From an uncultured Rhodospirillaceae bacterium (lineage in GTDB: Bacteria; Pseudomonadota; Alphaproteobacteria; UBA2966), in the NCBI GenBank assembly GCA_964401845.1, contig CAYOAD010000002.1, forward strand, positions 1-62,728: a stretch of 62,728 nucleotides of DNA, given 5' to 3'. Every line of letters starts with the position of its first letter. Position 1 is the stretch's first letter. Positions 43,324 through 51,791 of this stretch are shown here, piece by piece. The notes below the pieces were generated by a model, which saw only the letters and a program-made list of their open reading frames with translations, had not been told where the DNA came from and did no database searches. Both the position numbers and the translations under genes were made by a program.

Positions 43324-45740
43324 TCCCCGAAACGCGTGGCCGCCCGTTCGATGGCGTCGACGCCGATGTCGTAATGGCGGTAGATATCGATGGTGTCACC
43401 GCTTTGGCCAAACTCGCGGATGCCCAGTGGCGCCACGGCATGGCCGCGAACGCCACCGATCCAGGCCAGCGATGCGGGATGTCCATCGATCACGGAAACG
43501 ATCCGCGCGCCCGCCGCCAATGGTTCCATGAGGTCCTCGACGTGCGCCATACGCCCACCGTCGCTGCCGTGCAGGCGATCGCGTTCAAGGCGTTGCCAAT
43601 CGTTGTAAAGCCGGTCGGTCGAGGTCACGACCAGCAGGCCCGTGCCGGGAGCCTTCCGTGACAAACGTTCATGGGCGGCTATCGCTTCGCCGGTAATGGC
43701 GCCACTGCAGACCAGCGCCATGTCCGAACCCGCGGCCGGTTCGTGCAGCCAGTAGCCCCCCAGAATGATCTGGCGCTTCAATTCGTCGTCAAGTTGACGG
43801 CTTGGCTGGTCGAGCGGCTTGGTGGAGAGCCGGAGATACACCGCGCCACCTTCCTCCTCGTCCTGCATGTGGTCGAACGACCAGCGCATGATTTCGGCCA
43901 CCTCGTCGGCGAAGGCCGGTTCGAATGAAGTCAGGCCCGGTTGGCCGAGGCTGATCATCGGTGTCGAAATCGACTGATGAGCGCCACCCTCCGGCGCCAG
44001 CGAGACGCCCGACGGCGTGCCGACGACCATGAAGCGGGCGTCCTGGTAACAGGCGTAGTTCAGACTATCGAGACCGCGGGCGATGAAGGGATCGTACAAC
44101 GTGCCGATGGGCAGCAGGCGAACGCCGAACAGGCTGTGCGACAGGCCGAATGCAGCAAGATTGAGAAATAGGTCGCTTTCGGCGATACCAAGTTCGATGT
44201 GTTGGCCGTCAGGCGAATGCACCCATTTCTGCGCCGACGGCACCTTGCGGTCACGGAATTCGTCGCCTTTCGCTTCGCGGGCGAACAAACCGCGCTGGTT
44301 GACCCAGCCGCCTAGATTTGTCGACACCGTTACGTCCGGCGAGGTGGTGACAATGCGGTCTGCCAGCACGCCGCCGGTCTTCGCCAGATCGTTTAGGATT
44401 CGCCCGAAAGCTTCCTGCGTTGATCCGCGTTCAACGTGTTCGAGCGCCAGCGCGCCGGGCACAGGCACCGGGGCTGCGGTTTTCTTCCTGTTCTCGTCGG
44501 CATTGAAGGGAACTGCCTTGAGGAAGGCGTCGAGCTCGTCTTCCTCCAAAGACAAGCCGGACGCCCGGTCCCATTCCTCGCCTGGCGCAATGCCGCATTC
44601 GCCACGGTATTGCTCCATCTGCGGATCGTTCATGATGCCGGCGTGGTTGTCCTTGTGCCCGGCCAGCGGCGTACCGTGCCCCTTGACCGTGTAGCAGATG
44701 AAGCAGGTCGGTTTGTCGTCGGGGACAGTTTCAAAGGCGTTCACCAGCGCTTCCATGCAGTGGCCGCCGAGGTCGGTCATGATCTCGTGCAGGCCCTCGT
44801 CGTCGAAGCTGTCGATCAGGGCATGGACCTCGGCATCGTCCGGCAGATCGGCTTTGATCTGCTGACGCCAGGCCGGGCCGCCCTGAAACGCCAAGGCGGA
44901 AAAAACGTCGTTCTCGCAATCGTTGAACCAGCGGCGCAAGGCCAGGCCACCGGGACGTTGGAAGGCTTCGTAAAGCTTGCGGCCGTATTTGACGGTGATC
45001 ACATTCCAGCCCACCGCCCGGAAGAACCGTCCGATCAGGCGGAAGAGCTGTTCGTTGATCATGCCGTCCAAGCTCTGCCGGTTGTAATCGATCACCCACC
45101 AGACATCACGCAGGTCGTGCTTCCAGGTGTCCAGCAAAGCCTCATAAACGTTACCTTCATCCAACTCGGCGTCGCCAACCAGCGCCACCATGCGGCCCTG
45201 TTTCTGGTCCGCCGGCGTAAGCCCCTTGGCCGCGAGGTAATCCTGCGTCAGCGCGGCGAAGTTTGTCAGCGCCGCGCCCAGCCCGACCGAGCCGGTGGAG
45301 AAATCGACCTCCTCGCCGTCCTTGGTACGCGAGGGGTAGGATTGCGCCCCGCCCAACGCGCGGAAGTTCTTCAGGTTTTCCAGACTTTGCTTGCCGAACA
45401 TGTAGTTCATGGCATGAAAAACCGGGCTGGCGTGGGGTTTCACGGCCACCCGGTCCTCGGGCCTCAAGACGCGGCCGTAAAGCGCGGTCATGATGGTTGA
45501 AATCGAGGCGCAACTCGCCTGGTGTCCGCCGACCTTGACACCGTCCCGGTTGGGCCGGATGTGATTGGCGTGGTGGACCATCCAGGAAGACAACCAGCGA
45601 ACCTTGGTCTCGAGCGCATCGAGGACCACGAGTTCGTTGGCCGGAACCGGCGTCGCAGGCGCTATTTCCGGTAACTCCGCATGTGCGTCGGGCTTGGTTG
45701 AATTGTCGTTGGTGGCGCTCGTCAGAGGAAGTGTCATCAA
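43320..45740 (-). CDS. homodimeric-type 2-oxoacid (pyruvate) dehydrogenase E1 component / transketolase-like ThDP enzyme
   Basis: 806 aa. VGGHQASCASI, ThDP motif GDAELDEGN...DYN, C-terminal transketolase-like pyrimidine and C domains. No E2/E3 genes nearby. Confidence 0.8.
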   Translation of the reverse strand: MMTLPLTSATNDNSTKPDAHAELPEIAPATPVPANELVVLDALETKVRWLSSWMVHHANHIRPNRDGVKVGGHQASCASISTIMTALYGRVLRPEDRVAVKPHASPVFHAMNYMFGKQSLENLKNFRALGGAQSYPSRTKDGEEVDFSTGSVGLGAALTNFAALTQDYLAAKGLTPADQKQGRMVALVGDAELDEGNVYEALLDTWKHDLRDVWWVIDYNRQSLDGMINEQLFRLIGRFFRAVGWNVITVKYGRKLYEAFQRPGGLALRRWFNDCENDVFSALAFQGGPAWRQQIKADLPDDAEVHALIDSFDDEGLHEIMTDLGGHCMEALVNAFETVPDDKPTCFICYTVKGHGTPLAGHKDNHAGIMNDPQMEQYRGECGIAPGEEWDRASGLSLEEDELDAFLKAVPFNADENRKKTAAPVPVPGALALEHVERGSTQEAFGRILNDLAKTGGVLADRIVTTSPDVTVSTNLGGWVNQRGLFAREAKGDEFRDRKVPSAQKWVHSPDGQHIELGIAESDLFLNLAAFGLSHSLFGVRLLPIGTLYDPFIARGLDSLNYACYQDARFMVVGTPSGVSLAPEGGAHQSISTPMISLGQPGLTSFEPAFADEVAEIMRWSFDHMQDEEEGGAVYLRLSTKPLDQPSRQLDDELKRQIILGGYWLHEPAAGSDMALVCSGAITGEAIAAHERLSRKAPGTGLLVVTSTDRLYNDWQRLERDRLHGSDGGRMAHVEDLMEPLAAGARIVSVIDGHPASLAWIGGVRGHAVAPLGIREFGQSGDTIDIYRHYDIGVDAIERAATRFGD

Positions 45741-45888
45741 AAGATCTCTTGATCGTCGGCAAGGCAGGTCGGGCCGCCCGGAATTGGCATAATATCAGCA
45801 GTATGCCTAAAAACAGACGGCAGATGGTTGCGAAAAATGCAAATTCAAGATAGTAAATTGGCAGAATCTGCTAATATCGAGTTATTCC

Positions 45889-46377
45889 ATGGCATACGAT
45901 CAAATCGACCGACGTATTATCCGCGAATTGCAGGCGGACGGGCGGCTTACCAACAACGAATTGTCGAAGAGGGTCAATCTTTCTCCCTCGCCCTGCCTGC
46001 GCAGGACCAAAAGGCTGGAGCAGGAAGGTCTGATCACCGGCTACACCGCCAATATAGATCAGGCGATGTACGGACTGCCGATCAGCACCTTCGTTTCGAT
46101 CCGCTTGGAAAAGCAGAACGAGGAAAATCTGCGTGTCTTTGAGCGGGAAATCTCCAAGGTCGAAGAGGTCGTCGAGTGCTATTTAATGACCGGCGGCTTC
46201 GACTATCTCCTGCGCATCGTGACCGACAGCCTCAAGTCCTACGAAATGACGTTGAAGCGCAAGATCACCAATATCCCAGGCATAGCCTCCATCGAGTCGA
46301 GCTTCGCTCTGGACATCGTCAAACGCAGCAACATCTTCCCCAGCCTGTCACACTACGGCCACGAGGAAGCGCATTAG
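45889..46377 (+). CDS. Lrp/AsnC family transcriptional regulator
   Basis: DRRIIRELQADGRLTNNELSKRVNLSPSPCLRRTKRLEQEGLI HTH plus a C-terminal RAM/AsnC_trans_reg domain. Divergent from the E1 gene. Confidence 0.9.
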   Translation: MAYDQIDRRIIRELQADGRLTNNELSKRVNLSPSPCLRRTKRLEQEGLITGYTANIDQAMYGLPISTFVSIRLEKQNEENLRVFEREISKVEEVVECYLMTGGFDYLLRIVTDSLKSYEMTLKRKITNIPGIASIESSFALDIVKRSNIFPSLSHYGHEEAH

Positions 46378-49300
46378 AGGGATTCGATTTCCGAGGTAAC
46401 CGCGGCGATGGCGGAGGCAAGCTTGGGGTGGTGATCCTCGATGCTCGGCCAATCGGCGCTTTTGCCGGATTTCTCGAGATCGGCGCAAAGGTCGGCCAAC
46501 ACTTCTGCGCCGACCGATCGGGACGACGATTTAAGCTTGTGCGCCGCGGCGCCCAGGGCGGCGGCATCGCGGGAGTCGAAGGCGTCATTGATTTCACCGA
46601 CGGTGGCCTCCGCAGGCGCCACGAAATCCAGTAGGATTTCCTTGATCAGTTCATCATCGTCACCGAAGGTTTCCCGCAAAAACTTAGGCTCAACGGCTTT
46701 TGGAACTGCATCAGGCGGCGACGCATCATCCGGCGTCGCGGGTTTTTGCGCGGTTGCTTCTGCCTTCTCCTCCACAACTTGGGACACGGCGTTCGGCATC
46801 CATTTTCTTAAAGCCGCCTTGAGGTCGTTCATGGCCAGCGGCTTCGAAAGATAGTCGTCCATGCCGGCGGCGATGCAGCGTTCAGCCTCGCCTTCAAGTG
46901 CGTTAGCCGTCACGGCGATGATCGGAGACCGCTTGCCGCTGCCCTCCTCGTCCGCCCGCACGGCGGCCGTCAGTTCGAACCCGTCCATGCGCGGCATGTG
47001 GCAATCCGTCAGCAATAGGGCGTAATCCTTGCCCCCCCACGCATCCAGCGCAAATTTGCCGTCGTCCGCCATTTCACAGGTATAGCCGAGTTTGGTCAGT
47101 TGCCGGCCGATCACCTGTTGGTTGGTCATGTTGTCTTCCGCTAGCAGGATCAGCGTCCCCTGGGCCAGCGCATCCTCAACCGACAAAGCCACGACGTCTT
47201 GCGAAACCCCGTCATCGATATCCGGTTTGACCAGCGGACTGGCGCGTCCCGCGGCGACGGCGACGGCGTTGACGAACGGCATGTGCCTCAAGGGATTGCC
47301 GTCCAGCGTGACGCAATCGCCTTTTTCAATCCGGGCACTGCGCCTTTGGCCCTGGGAAAGCACAACGAAGGTTCGCCCCGCTGCGGCAAACCGCTTCATG
47401 GCGGCTTGTTGACGTTCCGTGTTCAGGCCGAGGTCGAGCACCACGACGTCGATGACGTCGCCGGCTTTCGCGAGGCGATCGGCTGCATCGTCTTCGGAGG
47501 CCGCGGCTTCGGCCTCGACCGACCAATGGCGCAGGTACCGCACCATCGAATCGCGTAACGTGTCGACGTCCGAGACGCACAAGGCGCGGACCCCGGACAA
47601 ATCGGCGTCTTCAGTTTGAGCGGCATCCTGATCGGCCAATCTCAGGAGAATTTCGACGGCAAATGTGGAGCCCGAACCGATCCGGCTTTCGACCGTGATT
47701 TCACCGCCCATCAGGTCGGTCAACCGTTTACAGATAGCCAAGCCCAGGCCGGTGCCGCCGAAACGGCGCGTCGTCGAGCTCTCGGCCTGCGAAAACGCTT
47801 CGAAAAGCTTGCCCTGCGCCTCCTCCGTTATGCCGATACCCTGGTCGATCACCGATATCTTGATGCGGACAGGATCGGCTTCAAGATCGACGGCATCTGC
47901 CCGGACGACAACCTCGCCTTCTTCCGAAAACTTCACCGCATTACCGGTCAGATTGAAGACGATCTGGCGCAATCTAACCGGGTCGCCGAGCAGCGTTTGG
48001 GGAATGTCGGGGTCAACGAAGGTGATGATCCGCGCGCCCTTGCGGCTGGCGTTGGGTGACATCGTCGCCGCGGCACCTTCCAAGACGTCGTTGAGCGACA
48101 TTGGAATGCTCTCGATATCGAGCTTGCCGGCCTCGATCTTCGAGAAATCGAGAATATCGTTGATGATCGTCAGCAACGAATTCCCGGAATCCCGGACGGT
48201 ATCCAGCATGATCCGCTGATCGGCGTCCAACTCGGATTGTGACAGAAGATCCGCCATGCCGACGATGCCGTTCATCGGCGTTCGGATTTCGTGGCTCATC
48301 GAGGCCAGGAAATCCGCCTTCGCCTGGCTGGCGGCCTCGGCCGCATCGCGCGCGGTGCGGAGTTCCTGTTCTGCCTCCTTCCGGGCGGTCACATCCTCCT
48401 TGATCGCGACGAAATTAGTAATTTCGCCGTTCTCTCCCAGAAGGGGCGACAGCGCAATATCCTCCCAATAGGGCTCGCCTGATTTCTTGCGATTGAGATA
48501 TTCACCCTGCCACACCTGCCCGCCCTTGATGGTGTCCCACAAATCGGTATAGGTGTCCTCGTCGAGCACGCCGGGTTTCAGTATCCGGAACGGATAACCG
48601 ACGACGTCCTCGGGCGTATAACCGCTGGCCCGGACAAACGCCGGATTGACGTATTCGATGAGGCCCTCGGGATCGGTGATGACGATCGCCGCGGAGCTCT
48701 GTTCGACCGCCGCCGACAATTTGCTGATTTGTGTTTCGGCGAGCTTGCGTTCGGTGATGTCGGCGTAGGTGCTGACGAAGCCGCCGCCCGGGATGGGGCC
48801 GCCCCGGACTTCGATATGACGGCCATCGGGGCGTTGGCGTTCGAACGCATGCATCTCGAACTTCCGCGCCCGTTCGACCTGCATCTGCACGTCGAATTCC
48901 GGATCATTCCGGCTGAACTCGCCGTGTTCAACGTCGTACTCCATGAACTCGGCGAAATCCGTGCCGACAGAGGCCAGTTCGGTCGGATACCCCCTGATGT
49001 CGAGAAACACGTCATTCCAGGCAATCAGTTTGAGGTCCCTGTCGAAGGCGACGACGCCCTGGGTCATGGCGCTCAGCACGCCTTGCAACAGGTTGGTCCG
49101 CTCCTCCAAGGTGCGTTCGGCGATTTTCAATTCCGTGATATCGGTACGGATGCTGACGGTCTCGCCGTTGGCCGTGCGGAAGTCGTTGATTAATATCCAG
49201 CGATCTTCCAGCTCCTGGACCGTGCCCTTGTTGAGAGCGCGGTGTGACTCCAATCTGCCTTCGACCCATTCTTCAACGGTCTGGCCGTAGCGCTCGTTGA

Positions 49301-50423
49301 CCCGGGTCAATTCGCAGCCCTTGGCCAGAATATCCCTGAACTTGGCACCCTGGACCATAAGGTCCGCCGCTTCGGGATACATCTCCGCGTAGCGCCGGTT
49401 GTTTATGACCAGGCGTTCATTGGCGTCATAGATCACGAAACCGACCTCAAGCGCTTCGATGGCGTCGCGCATGCGTTGGCGCTCTCGCTCGGCCGAATCC
49501 TTGGCAGCGACAATTTCCGCCGTCGCCTCCTCGACGCGGCGGCTGATCTCTTCGTTCCGCTGCAGCAGGAATCCGATAAAGAAGGCGGCGACCAGAACCC
49601 CGCCGACACCGGTGATCAGCATGAAATTTGCCAATTCGTGTTCCGGTCCGCCGGAAAACCGGTTGTCCGCAAGCCAGGTGATGGAGAGCTCGGCGCCGGC
49701 GCTGACGGTCCGGGTGGTGACCTCGTGCAGGGTGCCTTGACGCGGTGTCTGGATCACGCTCTGGTCCTTACCCAGGTCACTCAAGGCCGGAAAACGGGCT
49801 GTCAATTCAAGCGCCAAGCCGGGCGGGACATGGAGATCGAACAGGCCTTTGACCAGTGCGTCGTAGTTGACCAACCCCACCACAACCGCATCGCCGGTCG
49901 AATCGAAGGTAGACAGCGCCACAGGAGAAACGGTGTTGGCGTCGTCGTTGTTCCCGATCGGCGGACCGATAATGAACTCACCGGGACGGGAATGGGCCAC
50001 GTTCAGCGTCGACAACAATGCCGGCCAATCCTCCAGTATGGCATCGTGGGATAAAACGCCTGAGAGGTCCGATGTGAATGCGACCTGCCATCCCGCGTCC
50101 GTGCCCTCGCCAACCGGGCGGTACATGGCGGCAGCATCCAGGAAGAAAGCCGTGGCACGGGCCTCCAAGCCGTCGAACGCGTTCAGAAACTCCGATTCAG
50201 TGACGCTCTCGGAGTTTTCCGAAAGCGCCGCCAAGCCCGACAACGGCGCGTAACTTTCCTCCAGCCACCCCAACAAGGTGCCAGACAGCCATTGCGCCAC
50301 CTGATTACCTTCTGCTTCCCAACTGCTTTTTGCATCCGCCTTGAACACCTCGCTGACGGTGTAGACGCCGAAAAATCCGGCAAGCGCGGCAAACAGGAGA
50401 ATTATTCCGCGAAAGCCCGTCAT
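46374..50423 (-). CDS. hybrid sensor histidine kinase (TM / CHASE-like periplasmic domain / TM / 3 x PAS / HisKA / HATPase / receiver-like / receiver / HPt)
   Basis: 1349 aa. Two hydrophobic segments flank ~250 aa. H-box SMSHEIRTPMNGI. GGTGLGLAICK. Canonical receiver LLAEDN...LLLTDCHMPRMDG...SKP. C-terminal HPt AAHKLKSSSRSVGA. Confidence 0.9.
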   Translation of the reverse strand: MTGFRGIILLFAALAGFFGVYTVSEVFKADAKSSWEAEGNQVAQWLSGTLLGWLEESYAPLSGLAALSENSESVTESEFLNAFDGLEARATAFFLDAAAMYRPVGEGTDAGWQVAFTSDLSGVLSHDAILEDWPALLSTLNVAHSRPGEFIIGPPIGNNDDANTVSPVALSTFDSTGDAVVVGLVNYDALVKGLFDLHVPPGLALELTARFPALSDLGKDQSVIQTPRQGTLHEVTTRTVSAGAELSITWLADNRFSGGPEHELANFMLITGVGGVLVAAFFIGFLLQRNEEISRRVEEATAEIVAAKDSAERERQRMRDAIEALEVGFVIYDANERLVINNRRYAEMYPEAADLMVQGAKFRDILAKGCELTRVNERYGQTVEEWVEGRLESHRALNKGTVQELEDRWILINDFRTANGETVSIRTDITELKIAERTLEERTNLLQGVLSAMTQGVVAFDRDLKLIAWNDVFLDIRGYPTELASVGTDFAEFMEYDVEHGEFSRNDPEFDVQMQVERARKFEMHAFERQRPDGRHIEVRGGPIPGGGFVSTYADITERKLAETQISKLSAAVEQSSAAIVITDPEGLIEYVNPAFVRASGYTPEDVVGYPFRILKPGVLDEDTYTDLWDTIKGGQVWQGEYLNRKKSGEPYWEDIALSPLLGENGEITNFVAIKEDVTARKEAEQELRTARDAAEAASQAKADFLASMSHEIRTPMNGIVGMADLLSQSELDADQRIMLDTVRDSGNSLLTIINDILDFSKIEAGKLDIESIPMSLNDVLEGAAATMSPNASRKGARIITFVDPDIPQTLLGDPVRLRQIVFNLTGNAVKFSEEGEVVVRADAVDLEADPVRIKISVIDQGIGITEEAQGKLFEAFSQAESSTTRRFGGTGLGLAICKRLTDLMGGEITVESRIGSGSTFAVEILLRLADQDAAQTEDADLSGVRALCVSDVDTLRDSMVRYLRHWSVEAEAAASEDDAADRLAKAGDVIDVVVLDLGLNTERQQAAMKRFAAAGRTFVVLSQGQRRSARIEKGDCVTLDGNPLRHMPFVNAVAVAAGRASPLVKPDIDDGVSQDVVALSVEDALAQGTLILLAEDNMTNQQVIGRQLTKLGYTCEMADDGKFALDAWGGKDYALLLTDCHMPRMDGFELTAAVRADEEGSGKRSPIIAVTANALEGEAERCIAAGMDDYLSKPLAMNDLKAALRKWMPNAVSQVVEEKAEATAQKPATPDDASPPDAVPKAVEPKFLRETFGDDDELIKEILLDFVAPAEATVGEINDAFDSRDAAALGAAAHKLKSSSRSVGAEVLADLCADLEKSGKSADWPSIEDHHPKLASAIAAVTSEIESL

Positions 50424-50471
50424 CGCCGCCCTGTCCGGTTCCGTTTGCGTCGCGGTCGGTTCATCGGCGAA

Positions 50472-51551
50472 CTACCAATTGTTGACGCTGAAGATGGGCC
50501 TAAAACCACGTGGGGGCAGACTGGTGTCCACGTCGAACGTCTTGATGTTGCTGCGGTCCACGACGACGACCTTCGGGGCGACATGTTTGAGAAACGGTTT
50601 CTTTTCCAGCGCGCGGACCGCCAGGTCGACGGAAATCCTTGCCTGGATCGCTTGCAAATCTGTCGGTGCGGCAAGCACCGCCCCGCGCCTTATGCCCCTG
50701 TGAACCCCAGGACCGTAATAGTACGCCAGCACCTTGATTTTTTTCGAGAGCCGCTTGCGCCGCAACAGTTCGACCGCGGCGTCCGCAGTCACCGTCGTGC
50801 CGACAATGTAGTCCAAGTTTTCGTGTTCCTCCAAAGCAGCAGCCACGAGGCGGCCTTGCGTGGCCCGGCCTGTGTCACCCTTGGCGCTCGTGATTATCTT
50901 GATCGGGCTTCCTTCCAAGCCTGTCCGAAATCCGCGATCCCCCTGGTCGACCCAACCGGTGTCGGATCGTCACCATGAAGCTCTCGGATGTACTTTGCGG
51001 CTGCGAGGCCGGGATCGAAATAATTGACGGCGGCCTTGGCTGTGATTTTGACTGAAGAGATTCCGTTGATCAGGTCGATAACGGGTTTTCCGTCGGCAAC
51101 GATTTGCTCCACCAAGTCGTTCAGACCGTCGGCGCTGATGCCGGCAATTATCAGGCTTTCAGCACCGCTCGCCATGCATTCCAAAATCTGTTTGCGTTGA
51201 ACGTCCAGATGATTGTAGCCGCCCGCCTCGACCAGCCGCAGCCCAACCCCAAGGCGTCTCGCTTCATCGATCAAAGCAAAATTGACCGTGCTCCAGTAGG
51301 GGTCCTTGAGATGGGGAATGGAAACGCAAATCCGCCAGGCTTTTTGCGCCTTGTCCAAGGCTACGTAGGGCTCTACCCGTCGCTTGAGCTCGGTGTTGAA
51401 GGGCGGATCCCATACATCGACTTCAAGCGGATACCATTTGTCCTTGGCGATCACGCCATCGCCCGTCGTCAATATCGCCATGGAGAAAGAGAACTGCCAC
51501 CGTTCCGGCGCGCTCGATTTTCCGGGTGAATTCCGTCATCGCTGCAAACAT
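50472..51551 (-). pseudogene. TorT-like type-I periplasmic binding protein, disrupted by two compensating frame changes
   Basis: ORFs 50894..51481 (WRICVSIPHLKDPYWSTVNFALIDEARRLGVGLRLVEAGGY...) and 50472..50918 (...GFRTGLEGSPIKII...SLPPRGFRPIF) are colinear with E. coli TorT as I recall it. A signal-peptide-like start (MFAAMTEFTRKIERAGTVAVLFL, from 51551) lies in the frame of the C-terminal piece, not the middle piece. 1080 nt = 360 codons overall. Confidence 0.7.
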
Positions 51552-51682
51552 ACTGCACCCCGTCAAGTGTCCGGTTCACCGATGTAACAATTAGTTAGAA
51601 CAGATATTGCGCCTGGCAACCAATATGCACAATCCCCAAACAGTGGCCTGGTGCCGGTCAAATAATGCCCTTGGGGAAGATT

Positions 51683-51723
51683 TTTTGGGCAACCCTGAGA
51701 TAGCCGATTAGTTTTGGGCAACC
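51683..51723. repeat. 12-bp direct repeat TTTTGGGCAACC x2 (29-bp period) in the divergent sensor-gene intergenic region
   Basis: Exact copies at 51683-51694 and 51712-51723. A third GGCAACC core lies at 51615-51621, within TGGCAACCAATATGCA (51614-51629), which also resembles a sigma-54 -24/-12 element. Confidence 0.6.
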
Positions 51724-51791
51724 TGGGGCGGGGCCTGCTATGTTTCTTATTCGCATTTCAGTGATTTGTAGGTTTTTGCCAGGTACCATTG

